This document shows, in pieces, positions 51,601-63,514 of a stretch of 64,000 bases of DNA. This DNA comes from Lingula anatina. Its lineage: Eukaryota; Animalia; Brachiopoda. The DNA lies in contig CM120641.1 in NCBI GenBank assembly GCA_051362555.1, positions 7,998,001 through 8,062,000 on the forward strand. Reading direction: 5' to 3'. Every line of letters starts with the position of its first letter. The first letter of the stretch is position 1. A program made the translations under genes and the position numbers. Under the pieces are notes generated by a model. That model worked only from the letters and a program-made list of their open reading frames with translations. It was not told the origin of the DNA and did no database searches.

Positions 51601-54337
51601 GTAATTATGGACCTATCTCAGCCAGTTTTGGAGAAAAAAGGGAAGCAAAATTTGCAAAGTTCAGTTCATGGTGAAAAGTAGGTCAAAGGTCAATTTCAAG
51701 GTCACAGTAAGATTGCCAGTATATGACTTCCTATTCAAGTTCAATAGTAACCATGGACATATCTCTGCCAGGTTTGGAGTTAAAAGAGAAAGAAATTAGC
51801 AGAGTTCAGTTCATGATAATAAGTAGGTCAAAGGTCAATTTCAAGGTCACACTGAGATTGCCAGGATATGACTTCCTATTCAAGTTCAATAGCAACTATG
51901 GACCTATCTCTGCCAGTTTTGGAGATAAAAGGGAACCAAAATTTGCAAAGTTCAATTCATGGTGAAAAGTAGGTCAAAGGTCAATTTCAAGGTCACATTT
52001 AGATTGCCAGGATATGACTTCCTATTCAAGTTCAATAGCAACTATGGACCTATCTCTGCCAGTTTTGGAGATAAAAGGGAAGCAAAATTTGCAAAGTTCA
52101 GTTCATGGTGAAAAGTAGGTCAAAGGTCAATTTCAAGGTCACATTTACATTGCCAGTATATGACTTCCTATTCAACTTCAATAGTAACTATGGACCTATC
52201 TCTGCCAGTTTTGGAGATATAAGGGACTAAATGTTATAATTTTGGAGTTACCATAATGTGCCATAAATTTCCTACAGAAAAAAATTAATTTAAATAAAGA
52301 AAAGGTCATTTTGGTCAAAATTCTTGAAATGGGAGGTGCTCTGAAGTTCGAGAAGTTCAAATTTGATGAAATAATGTCATTTTTGACCACAAGTTGTCTG
52401 CTTCGCCAAGCCTTATATTTTTTTTTTTTCTGGGGTTCAAAATTTATTATCCATTACCGTACTGCACATTTTGCTTTCACCACCAATATGTACTTTTTGA
52501 TACAGCGTAACTCGAAAACCGTATGGAATACAAAAAAACGGAGACCACCACCAGTGTTGGGCTTTACATGCTCTACAAAATGCAAAAAAGAATGGGTCTC
52601 TAGTGTTAACGGTTCCCAAATTACAGACAGGTTTCGGTATCTTATGGCCGCTACTCCTGTGAAAATGCACCGATTGACCCCAAATTCACGGAGATGAAAG
52701 ATGACCTGAAGGGTAACAACTTCCAATAATATTATTGGTTAAGTCTGTGTGGTGTCTGAATAACAGGGCAAATAATTTTTTTTTCGTAAAAAAATTAATT
52801 TTTTTGAAAATTTTGGCCCGTTTGACCTTGAAATAAAGGTCAAATCCAAGGGCATATTTGAAATCTACACATATGACTTTTGGAAAGCCGTCTGTAGAAA
52901 TTTTTCCCATAATTCCATCCATGAATGCACACATGAACTAAAATCCTTAGGTTTCAACATCCATTATGGTATCAGTTAGATATACTTGAAATCAGCAAGG
53001 TGCATGTGACATTGCTTCTGAAATAATTTTTCTTCTTCACTATGAAAGATTTTCTATGGAAATTACTCCATGATGATCTTTATGCATACCAACATAATAC
53101 TAAGGGATATTGTCATCCTGTACCCAAAACTTCTTATTTACTGCGTTACATACATTGTTTTGGGTAATAAATAAATCTTCAGTGTTTAGTGACTAAATTA
53201 ATTAACATTTACCCGTCATATTACGGGTGACATCATAATTGTGACTTTGGGGTTAAAAACTGAAAAATTGGTTTCTCAAATTTCCTTTTCATGATCACCA
53301 TTACAACCCTGATCTAATGACACCATTAGGACTCCAAAACCATGCCAGCCATTTTTCTTAAAATTTCTTAGTTCAGATTTTATCATTTATGAAGCAAAAT
53401 GCCTTTCTTTGATGAAAATCTGTAATTAGGGGCTTATAATTTCATAACAAAAACATTCAAACTAAAATGATGGCACGGGATTCTAGCCTATAAACTCCTT
53501 GTCAACTCTTCGTGACAATTTTCGTGATAAAATCTTGTTCACGGATAAAGTTATGCCCCCAAATGGATTGCCATCTCACCTCAAAATAGAAAGGTGTTAA
53601 ATTGATGATTAAAGCTTTGAGTTCCCTAGGCTTATACATTGCAAAAAAAAAAAAAAAAAATGCCAGTTTTTTTATATTTTCGAGGATTTTTCCATCATTT
53701 TAAATCATCACAAAGATAGATGCATTATTGAATAATTAGATGCAGGAAAAAACTAATTTTGGGTCTGGACGATAATACAGGGTAACAATATCCTTAACAA
53801 ACTTTTTTGTAGATTGGAAACCAAATAAATAATTAGTATGTAACTAATATACCATAAAATGCCGATGGTTGGCAAGCAGAGGAAAAACATCATCATCCAA
53901 TTTATTTATTAAAGCCTGATGTGCATATACCACAGGAGAGGCACATGATATAGACTCTTCTTCATCAAAGTATAAATTCTTAGTATCTGGACTAAACCTG
54001 AAAGAAATAAAAAATACTATGTGCAATGATAAAATATCACTTATTGGAAAATCATCAATTTAGTTACCAACAAAAGTATATATTCTGATATGAACTCAGT
54101 TGGAATTCGAGAAAATTTATATCACCCTTTTCAGGTATACTTAACAAGACTGCAAACTGTTAAATACGCAGACAAAGCAGAAAGAAATGATAAATAAAAA
54201 GGGTTATATTGTCAATATTAAAGCAAAAACACAAAACTTAACAGTATTATCACCACAAAAATTTATTTATACACTACAGGTAACAGGAACATTCAGAAAA
54301 AGTACCTAGCATAGATCTGGGAGAGTTACAAAAAATA

Positions 54338-54423
<86 letters not shown>

Positions 54424-54424
54424 T

Positions 54425-54455
<31 letters not shown>

Positions 54456-57400
54456 TAGATATAGATATAAAATTGAAAAAATATTTAAAAGACGTTATTT
54501 AAAAAAAAGCACAAAATAATCCCTATAGTGCACAAAATAGAGTATTTGTTATATTTGATGCAATATTACATAATGTTCAACAGCATAATCACCACCTTTT
54601 TTTACCCAATGCAATTTTACAGTCAGATAGTCAAAAAAACCAAAATGTGAAAAATGAACATTGCACATAAAAACTGCATAATTTCAAGAAAAACTAGAGG
54701 ATCAGAGAGGCGATACCGCCTCCGGATATTGTACCACCAGCTGGAGTAAGCGCATTCGGATGGGTAGTGATTTTCTAGACAATAGGCCTATTGGTTTTCC
54801 TTGAAATGTGTTATCAGTGTTGCATATATGCTGACAAAAGAGGAAACCTATGGGCAACACTGGGTATATCTCTGCTAGTTTTGAAGATATGAGGGGCAAG
54901 AAAATATTCAAAGTTCAGTTCATGGTGAACAGTAGGTCAAAGGTCAATTTCAAGGTCACAGTTTATGACTGCCTATTCAAGTTCAAAAGTAACTATGGGC
55001 ATTTCTTTGCCAAGTTTAGAGATATATAGGCCAGAAAACATGCAAAGTACAGTTCATCATAAAAAGTAGGTCAAAGGCCAATTTCAGGATCACAGTTAGA
55101 TAGCCAGTATATGACTTCCTATTGAAGTTCAATAGTAACTATCTTTGCCAGTTTAAGAGATATAAGGGCTGGAAATTTTAGTTCATGGTGAAAAGTAGGT
55201 CAGAGGCCAATTTCAAGGTCACAGTTAAATTACAAGTATATGTCTTCCCATTCAAGTTCAATAGTAACTATGGGCGTATCTCTGCTAAATTTGTAGTATT
55301 TCACATTTTATTTTCACCACTAAATATTGGATGTTGAACTTTTATATATAGTGCAATGCCTAAGCTGTATCGAAAACAAAACACAGACACCACCTCCAGT
55401 GTTGCGCTTGACAAGCTCTACAAAATGCAAAAAACAAGAGGTCTCTATCATTAACAGTTCCAGAATTGGAGACAGTTTTCAGTGTTGGCATCTAATGGCC
55501 GCTACTCCCGTGAAAATGGACCAATGAGGGATACCAGCCCGCTTGGCACCAGGTGTCGCTAGTGTGAATTCAGTCCTTCCACAGTCGCCATTTTGGAAAT
55601 AACATGTGTTGGACTGTGGCACTGGCCTTAATAAACTTGCCTCAGTATTGTTGTGTACCTGAATGTTAAAGTCGGCAAGGTGGGAATAATTTTCCTGAGG
55701 ATTCAGGGCTTCGTTTGAAGTGAAGGGTTACATGTCAACACACCTTGCATGTTAAAGGGACAGTTACAACTTGGCACAGGCACAGTACAGTAATTAGGCC
55801 CCTAAAGATAGACGAGTTGCCTCAAAAAGAATACACGGAGAAAGGTTAATTGATCTTGGCAAAACTTATAAAGTTTCGGAAAGAGAGCTTCATAGCAAGA
55901 AAGTGCCCCTAGGAAGTATGATTTATCAAAGTGCGTTTTTTTATGTCCGCAATTTCAGAAGAGTTGTCAGTAAATATACATAAGTGCCGGTAGCCTACTA
56001 CCCGTATAAGGTTGTGTTATTAAGTAATATCCTTTTTTATTGATGTATTGAGCATGACCGGTAATGTTAATTAAATAATTGGTTTTATTTAAAATAATAA
56101 TTCAGTACATCGTAAGAATCATAAAACTAGGTATAGTTAGATAATTTATTTGTACATGTATAGATGCAATTTCTCAGCCAATGGAATAATGCAGGTTTGG
56201 AAATCTTTTTGTAACAGTTGAAGAAATAAAATTTAAAGAAAGAAAACATTTTATAAATGAACAGTTTTTTTTTTTTTTTTTTTTTTTTTACAAAATAGCA
56301 CTTCTGAATTGTTTTACTTGAGTAGAAACACCATATTATTTCATCGCTCTGAAAATTCATTAAAAAGTAGCAAAACCAAATATTTTATTTAAACAAAATA
56401 ATTATTCAGTCCATAGTAAAAACCATGAAACCATGTAATACTTAGATAATTTATTTGTGCTATTACTTTCCTGAATGTATAGCTGCAATTTCTCAGCCAA
56501 TGGATTACTGTAGGTACGGAAAACTTTTTGTAACAGTTTAAGAAATAAAAATTAAATAAAGCAAACATTTTACAAACGAACACAGTTTTTTGTTCCTTTT
56601 TACAAAATAGTACTTATGAATTATTTTACTTGAATAGAACCACCACATTATGTCATCACTTTGAAAATTCTTTAAAAAGCAGAAAAAACAAATTATTTGC
56701 TGTAAATACAACTATCAAATTATTTCATCCCACTAAAAATATTTTACAAAATAGCACAATAGGTTTTTTTCATTACAGTTAAATATTATTAAAACAGCAT
56801 CAACAGGCAAGTACTTTTTGTAAAGAATATAGCACCACCAAATTATTTCATTTTAGTTAAAACATTTTTTTAAAATTGCACTTCAAAACTGTGATTTCAG
56901 CTAAAACCATTTCATACAGGGGTACTTTCTATAAACTAGCTGACACATACTTCCTATAGTGTTTTTCATTAAAAAAAGTTATCCTGGGCAAAATACATGT
57001 AGAAAAATATCCAGTGTCAGAATGAATCAACCCCACAAACAGATCTTTGAATGTAAACACAACAAAATAGCAGAATGGGCGATTTGTAATGAATATCTGG
57101 CCTTCTAACTGAGTATAGTATTTGCGGGTTTTCTTTAGGCCCAAATTCGTGCACGAGATACACATTCCAAAAAGGGGAAATCAGGTCCGGGTCCGACTGT
57201 CATGTGTCTGGAATGGTTTTGGACACAACAATGATTCATACATTTTGTTTATATACTTCTTCTCTGTAGCTGCAATTATCTCTCCAAATCTGGAAGCAGT
57301 GATCCGCCATTGTCTCTCCTTGTGTCAGATTGCGCTCTTTCCTTGTTATAACTTGCTATGCTCAGTGTTCGCTGTTTGTTCCTCAACCTGAAATATTCAT

Positions 57401-60400
57401 ATCCCATTAAAGCATGGTAGATGGTTACAGCATTAAATAGTTTAGATACAATATTATAATTCTATGATGTCACACATCACCTAGTTTGATAATTCTATCT
57501 CATATTTGGGCCCGATTCTCAAAGACCTCTGTTTTCACTTACATCATTCCCTCTATCCATGCTTTATTCTTTTCATGGCACTTGGAAATAGTTGTTGTCC
57601 ATCACAGCCGCCTGTAAGTCAGCTTTAGGGTAGGCATAACTGGTGGCTACATCAATCTTTACCGCTGATGTGAAGTGATAGGTAAGATTCCTGAAGTAAT
57701 CATTTTATCCTGCTCTTGAAGTTGGCTGTCCTGGAGTCCTGAAATCGACAGTTTCAGGCTTTGCCCCCAATATACGGGCCTTCTTTGGGTAACCTTATAA
57801 AGAAAATGAATGAGTTCATTTATTAAGTATAAAAAAATCTTTGTCTTTCGTGCTACTTAAACAAAATATGAGCGTAAGCCTACTCGTACCTATAGTAGTC
57901 TACATGTACATAACATGTCAGATTTGACACACACACCTCGACTAATTATTTATTTTTTCAAGGAAAATAGTTAGCATTCGTGTTTTTCAAGCACTAAATG
58001 AAAAGAAAACACATACCTTTCAGTCAATTCACATTTGCATCCAGATGTTATGGCACCACATTCAAGTAAATTGCGTTTGAGTTGGTTCACTGTCAGCGAC
58101 GCGTGCACACGCTCCATGTTAAACTCTGGTGTAAAGCATTGAGCGAGATTCTGCGAGACTTTAGAAGGACTGCTTTCACCCCCACGCCATCTAGCGGCAT
58201 ACCCTTAAAGCGGGTATTCCCCATTGACCCCAAACTCACGAAGATGAAAGAAGACCCTCAGGGTAATACCTGTCCATAATATTATAAGTTAGATCTGTAA
58301 AATTTCTGAAAATCGGCATAAAATATTAAATTTTTTGCAAAAAATTCCCATTTTTAGAAATTTTTGGCCCGTTTGACCTTGAAATAAAGGTCAAAGGTCA
58401 AATCCAAGGGCATATTTGAAATCTCCACATATGACTTTCGGTCAGCCATCTATAGAAAATTTTCCCATAATTCCTTCGGTATGGGAGATATTTAGCATTG
58501 AATTTCTAAAAATTTTGACAAGGGTGCCTTTCGACGAGTGTCATGCCAAGGGCAATGCACCGACTGAGACAAAAATACCCAGGGGTTCAAGTTGAGATTA
58601 TACATGACTGAAATCCAAGAGATGGGCACACAGGCCCATGCAGTCTAGGAGGAGAAGCGGTAATGGTGACTTGTATCCCACGACACCCTGCGGAGCCAAC
58701 GGAGCTTACAGAGCCGGCGGAGCCGGCAGAGCCATACAAGACGGGTCGGGACTAAAACCATGAGTACTGCCAGCGTAGACGCTGGTGGTACTAATAATCT
58801 TATGGGGCTGCTTTTCCAATTAAAGCTTTATGTTAATCATAAGAATCATTCTTGAAAGTGCTATGGTTTTCCTTTAATACTGCTTACAGTGGCAATGCAG
58901 AAAATGGGGTTTTCATCAGTTTTGGTGCAATACAACATAATGCTTAACAGCATAATCATTTTTGTATTATCTACTACACGTAAAATGGAGATTTATAAAA
59001 TTTTACTACTATACAACTTCATGGTCATGCATTGAAAATACCAATATGTGAGAAATGAACATTTCAATAAAACTGCATTACTTTCTGAAAAAGAATCCAA
59101 GTCTGTTTTCCAATTCAAGCTGTATTTCAATCCTTTCAACTTTTCTGTAAGTTTGAGAATCATAAGTAACATGGTTTTCTTTTAATGGTCAATATGGTAA
59201 CATTGCCCAAGAAGGGTTCATATAATGCTGAACAACATACAAGAATCACCACCAATTTTTAATAAGAAAGTTTTAGTATCATGGATATTCAAAAGATGTG
59301 AATAGCAAAGCTGTATGTTTGAGAATCATGAATTACATGGCTTTTTTTTAATTGGTCACTACATATTTCATAATGCTTAACAATATATGTATGTATCATG
59401 GGCATTCAGAAAATCAAGAAAGCATTAGCTTTATGCCCAGGGCTATAAAATTGGTTGAGTTCATTTCAAAGTAAGAAGTAGGTTGCAGGTCGAATTTACT
59501 GTTTCACCCTCCCCCCAGCTGAAAGGAGTTTTGACACACTTCGCAGACGATAAAAACTTGAAAATTTCATCGGTCTTGGAAAATTTCATCAGTCTTGAAA
59601 ATTTCGTCGGGAGAGGATTTTCTGCTGATGTAATTTTTTTCACTGAAAATTTTGTCAAACTTGAAAATGGGTACTCTCCATTATTTTGAAAAGCTTGTCA
59701 ACTTATGTGCCCGCGTTTTCCAGCTAAAACATAAAGGTAATACGTCAGCTGATTCCAGACAATGAAACGATCAAGATATCATTGACGATAACGCTCTCAA
59801 TGGGAGAAATGAACAATAGAGTGCTCCGGCGAGCGGCTACTTACGATATAGATGGTGTAGATGTGGATTTCCATTTTCAATTGTCAGAATGTTGGCCTTT
59901 TATGTCATTGTTATTACCTGGCACATATACACAAGGTTTGCACATGGTGCGTTTTCAAGTGGATAAATAGGAGTCGCATGCTGCTGCTCTTTGTCAGTTG
60001 TAACGCTTTCAATTTTAACGACTGCTGTCCGTAATGAAGAAGACACAATGAGAAAATCAAGATCAGCAAATCTCTGCATTCCTGCAGTTCCCTGTAGTAT
60101 TGCCTCCATAATAATCCACCCAAACCTGGTTTTTGTTTCGATATGTGGCGACACGCCTCGTTTTTGCATGTTGTCAGTTTGTAGGACAGATTGGTGAAAA
60201 GTTGCATTTAAAGAGTCCCTTTATGAACAATGTTGCTTGCTTACTATCACTTCCTATTCAATAACTGACTTTTCCTTTTTTAATTTCAAACACATGGAGA
60301 TAAACTTCTCAATGATTGTGTTTTTATTACCATAGTTTGTCCACGGTTTCTCTTTTTTTATGAAATAAAATTGATATTGTACATGTAACTACACCTTTGT

Positions 60401-60513
60401 CCTAACTCAGTGGTTAGGAAAAGGATGCTTGGACAAAAAACTTCTATTTGACTCACTTACACCTGGGGAGCAATGCTGCTAACAAGATGTTAATCTTGCG
60501 CGAGGAAACACCT

Positions 60514-60601
<88 letters not shown>

Positions 60602-60828
60602 TTCTGTGATTGAAAGAAAATAATACATACTATAAATAAGGTTTGCCGATATTATGAAGTTGTACCTTTGAATCCATTCCTGGTACCGTGGGTCTCTAAA
60701 AATCTGCATAGGTGTGAAATGAATTATGAGTTCTGCAGTGTTTTCTGGATTCCCTCCATTCTGATACTGATGAAACTCTTGGTTTTTCAGCAAAGATTCC
60801 AAAAATCCTTCTGTTGGACAATCAATTA
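29036..60828 (-). CDS. ELAC2: tRNase Z long form (ELAC2-like), 3' part; exons 60666-60828, 53853-53997, 50271-50374, 49269-49372, 47767-47869, 45205-45343, 42556-42707, 41074-41185, 37644-37764, 37405-37483, 31568-31712, 29036-29113; 5' exons presumably beyond window end
   Basis: [26 protein letters not shown] (HxHxDH), [30 protein letters not shown]; all 12 exons join in phase with GT-AG boundaries. Confidence 0.88.
29198..30997 (+). mobile_element. HINE/Helentron-like family 2, near full-length copy
   Basis: Head aacaaggcagcaaagctgtcaaatgtacagac (recurs at ~32305, 33845, 40271, 43005, 48141); internal degenerate repeats; (gacggc)-like tract; 3' hairpin tgtacagacacatctgtgtctgtaca followed by an A-run. 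Confidence 0.65.
34286..36835 (+). mobile_element. HINE/Helentron-like family 1, full-length copy with ~146-bp tandem array, nested in family 2 sequence
   Basis: Subterminal IR attgtaccaccagc / gctggtggtacaat; 3' stem-loop ccagcgctaacgctgg; GGCGGA-like microsatellite; units spaced 146 bp (35462, 35608, 35754). Confidence 0.8.
38490..40262 (+). mobile_element. Decayed Ty3/Gypsy gag-pro-pol remnant
   Basis: Zn-knuckle remnant CFKCNQDGY; aspartic protease [21 protein letters not shown]; pre-RT segment [21 protein letters not shown]; stops and frameshifts; truncated by a family 2 repeat. Confidence 0.8.
39282..39598. mobile_element. Foldback MITE with ~110-bp TIRs and 5-bp TSD (AGTGT)
   Basis: caggcctacccaactaccagactcggcacc.. 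/ ..ggtgccgagtctggtagttggataggcctg; AGTGT on both sides. Confidence 0.85.
40271..40980 (+). mobile_element. Family 2 repeat copy, highly similar to ~29846-30450
   Basis: Shared head and ~600-bp near-identical body. Confidence 0.75.
42108..42158. repeat. (TAA)n microsatellite
   Basis: Direct reading. Confidence 0.95.
43198..43849 (+). mobile_element. Non-autonomous Kolobok-like DNA transposon, copy 1
   Basis: TTAA|AG..CT|TTAA ends; TIR agcaataataactctt / aagagttattatggct; second copy inverted at 61174-61802. Confidence 0.75.
49897..50115. mobile_element. PIF/Harbinger (Tourist-like) MITE, copy 3
   Basis: TAA|gaccccattcccatagat..gaatgcaccc|TAA; same family as the 10.3-11.0 kb copies. Confidence 0.75.
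50587..52920 (+). mobile_element. HINE/Helentron-like family 1 copy with about eight ~146-bp units, 3' truncated
   Basis: Head nearly identical to the 34286 copy; same satellite unit. Confidence 0.8.
54341..54468. repeat. Compound (TA)n(GATA)n microsatellite
   Basis: Direct reading. Confidence 0.95.
54694..58793 (+). mobile_element. HINE/Helentron-like family 1 copy interrupted by an ISL2EU-like insertion
   Basis: Head at 54694, degenerate units, family sequence resumes at 58223 (attgaccccaaactcacg), 3' hairpin ccagcgtagacgctgg. Confidence 0.75.
55526..58222. mobile_element. ISL2EU (Harbinger-superfamily)-like deletion derivative with THAP remnant (+, ~55637-55730) and YqaJ/lambda-exonuclease remnant (-, ~56935-57390)
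   Basis: [19 protein letters not shown] (THAP); [13 protein letters not shown] and [24 protein letters not shown] (YqaJ-like); AT duplication; G-rich imperfect TIRs. Confidence 0.7.
60518..60598. repeat. (TA)n microsatellite
   Basis: Direct reading. Confidence 0.95.
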
Positions 60829-60976
60829 CTAAATTCAAGAAAAAATACTATTATTGAAAAGGACTTAACACTATGCTATTGTAAGACAATATGAAAGACA
60901 ATAAAACTTTTCAATACATTAATATGTAATTATATGAAATTGATGAATCTCACAAGAATCCATTCTGAAATGAACA

Positions 60977-60979
<3 letters not shown>

Positions 60980-61012
<33 letters not shown>
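60980..61012. repeat. (CA)n microsatellite
   Basis: Direct reading. Confidence 0.95.
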
Positions 61013-61014
<2 letters not shown>

Positions 61015-61173
61015 GCAATGATCACTAACTGATCAAGAATATGGCACATATGATTAAAGTGGTGTTGTGCCATCCATGATCTGTGGTAAATATGTCTTTT
61101 TACCATTCACTTCTCACCATGGCTTGAAGTGTTGTAAATTCAATAATAATAATACTAATAATTATATACTTAA

Positions 61174-61802
61174 AGTCATAATAACTCTTCGTTTTGGCCA
61201 AAAATTGGATTTTCCTGGAAAAAACGGCAATTTTCCCGTACTTACCAATGGTCAACGACCCCATTCCTGCATTCAAAGTTAATCCAGGGTTTTTTTCCTA
61301 AACGTACGGTTTTTTGTTAAAATCTCTAATGAGATTTTAACTGACGGAGCTCTCTCTGACATTGCAAAGTCACTGGTGACCTACTTAAAACCGCGGGAAA
61401 AGCAGACAACAACAACACTATATAAGATTCATGAGATATATTCGTCTTTTTGTTAAAAATGCATTTATATCCACAATGTGTGCCATTCTGGGCTTTTCGT
61501 TATCCGACGCACTGTACAAAAACTCGCAACTTACGTCTGCGTCCGCATTAATGTGTTTGGCGCCATGTTATTTTGGTCTCGAATGAACGCGAGAATCCGC
61601 GTGACACCATTACGTCATTAGCAACGAATGCCTTGATGACTGGGAAAAATGGCATCGAAAGCCCCATTGACAAGCACAGATTTTAGTTTTACTCCAATAA
61701 CGGCCGTTTTAGTGGTAAAATACGATAGAATATATTTCCATGCGTTGTTTAAAATGTATTTCATGCGGAATTTTGAATCTCAAAGGAAGAGTTATTATTG
61801 CT
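61174..61802 (-). mobile_element. Non-autonomous Kolobok-like DNA transposon, copy 2
   Basis: Diverged reverse complement of 43198-43849; TTAA flanks. Confidence 0.75.
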
Positions 61803-61996
61803 TTAAGAGAAAGAAAAACAATTGTTTTTACCTATAATTGGTCTCCATATGACAGCTTTTTTGAGAATATCATCAGGGCATATCTGAAATACATTAAAAG
61901 ATACTGGCTGATACCCGTCACATCATTCCATAACAAGAGGATCAGAGAGGTGATACCGCCTCTGGAAATTGTACCACCAGCTGGAGTAAGCGCATA

Positions 61997-62422
61997 TGTT
62001 AAGGTCCACTAAATGCATGTGATGAAATCACTCATTTACATGTTATGTTTATACAATCAGTCAGCATATTATCATTCACCTTACTTCAGTCTTGAATGAA
62101 TATTTATCATCCTCTGTAAAAGTATACCTGATAAGTAGGACTGATATAACTTAAAAGTAGAAGCCCTCAATTGTTATCTATTGCATTGCAATTAGTATTT
62201 AAATGAGTTGCTGCCACTGTGGCATGCAGATAGATTCTCTGTAGATAATGTGTATAAAGGCTGAATGCTTGGACTTAATAAAGGACTTTTAGACTTGGAA
62301 CTGAAGATGTGAGTCTGTGGGGTTATATTCCCTCTCCCATGCATCAGTGACAAGTGAAATATATTAGAAGAACCTGGGTAGGGTGGAACATGGACCCCTA
62401 CATAATGGCGAGCTCGACCAGG
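61997..62422 (+). mobile_element. Putative 5' LTR (61997-62402, TGT..ACA) plus primer-binding site (62406-62422), interrupting a family 1 head
   Basis: The family 1 head (61936-61996) stops abruptly at TGTTAAGG; TATAAA and AATAAA lie inside; the segment ends CCCCTACA, then TAA-TGGCGAGCTCGACCAGG. No second LTR was seen. Confidence 0.55.
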
Positions 62423-63514
62423 GTCACTGCGGGGGAGGGATATAACTATGGATCCAACTTTGAAGATGAGTATGCGTACGAAGATGATGACTGGGATTCT
62501 GAAAAGGACTTAAACATTAACGGCAGACTGGTAGAATGCCTGTCCAAGCTAGCAGACTTGTTACAGAGACAATATGGCAGTTTGCAGCAACAAAATAATG
62601 ACATTACTGCAGAATCTGAAATGAAACAAGAAGAAGTTAAAGAAAGAAACCAAGGCAAAGTAGATGAATTATTAGAAATGGAGATGGGAACTTTGGACGA
62701 GGCACAGACAACTGTTTTTGAGGATGAATGTATGAATCAGATGAAGCTTGTAAAGGACGATGATGTAGGTGAGGAAAAGGATGGGAATGAACTCTGTGAG
62801 GACATAATGACTATAAACGAACAAGAGGTAGAAAAGGGAACTGATGTTGAGAAAGGGGAGAAACATGAAAGGTATGTCGAGAAAGATTATGAACAAGAGG
62901 TAGGATTGAAAACTGATGATGATGATGATGATGACAACGGATTAATCGGAAGTGAGAGTAAAATGGGTGAACTGAAGTATTATGAGAAACCTGAAGTAGT
63001 TGAAAAGGCTTTAACAGATGATGTAAAGAATACGGATAAAGGACTTGATGATGATGATGACCCAAAGTATGTGGAGAAACATGATGTAGATGAAAATGCT
63101 GTAACGGATTATGTAAAGAATGCTGATGAAGGACTTAATGATGAACGGATGGAAATGGATTTTTCTAATTTCAAAAATACAGACAGAGACAAACTTACTG
63201 AAGTAGAGATGAAACAAAGTGCAGGTGAGGAGGAAGTTGAAGAGAATGAAGAACAAAGTGCAAGTGAGGAGGTACTTAAAGTTGTAGAGAATGTAGACAA
63301 ACAAGGTTCAGACACAGAAAATGTTTATGAGAATGCAAGAGAATGGACAGGTGTAAAATGGGAATTTCACAGAGACAGCAAAAAGGTGCAGAGAAAGTGT
63401 ATGGCAAAGAAACTAAAATGGACACTTCTCCCACACTGCAAATTAAGACATGATTTTTTTTTTTATATAAATATTAAGTTAAAGGATGATACATTTGTCC
63501 GAGTTGTACTGTAG
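62354..63514 (+). CDS. Intronless acidic (D/E/K-rich) ORF downstream of the putative LTR/PBS, antisense within an ELAC2 intron; function unknown
   Basis: 386-codon open frame with internal repeats (EVEKGTDVEK, TDDVKNTDKGLDDD/TDYVKNADEGLNDE, EQSA); no recognisable domain. Confidence 0.35.
   Translation: MKYIRRTWVGWNMDPYIMASSTRVTAGEGYNYGSNFEDEYAYEDDDWDSEKDLNINGRLVECLSKLADLLQRQYGSLQQQNNDITAESEMKQEEVKERNQGKVDELLEMEMGTLDEAQTTVFEDECMNQMKLVKDDDVGEEKDGNELCEDIMTINEQEVEKGTDVEKGEKHERYVEKDYEQEVGLKTDDDDDDDNGLIGSESKMGELKYYEKPEVVEKALTDDVKNTDKGLDDDDDPKYVEKHDVDENAVTDYVKNADEGLNDERMEMDFSNFKNTDRDKLTEVEMKQSAGEEEVEENEEQSASEEVLKVVENVDKQGSDTENVYENAREWTGVKWEFHRDSKKVQRKCMAKKLKWTLLPHCKLRHDFFFYINIKLKDDTFVRVVL

Noticed and set aside
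53206-53596. TTAA-flanked segment, possible piggyBac-like MITE
   Set aside because: Terminal repeat match is only a few bases and no second copy was seen in the window.
59440-60210. GC-richer segment with overlapping short ORFs, possibly a hAT remnant
   Set aside because: No convincing domain motif or TIR/TSD pair identified by eye.
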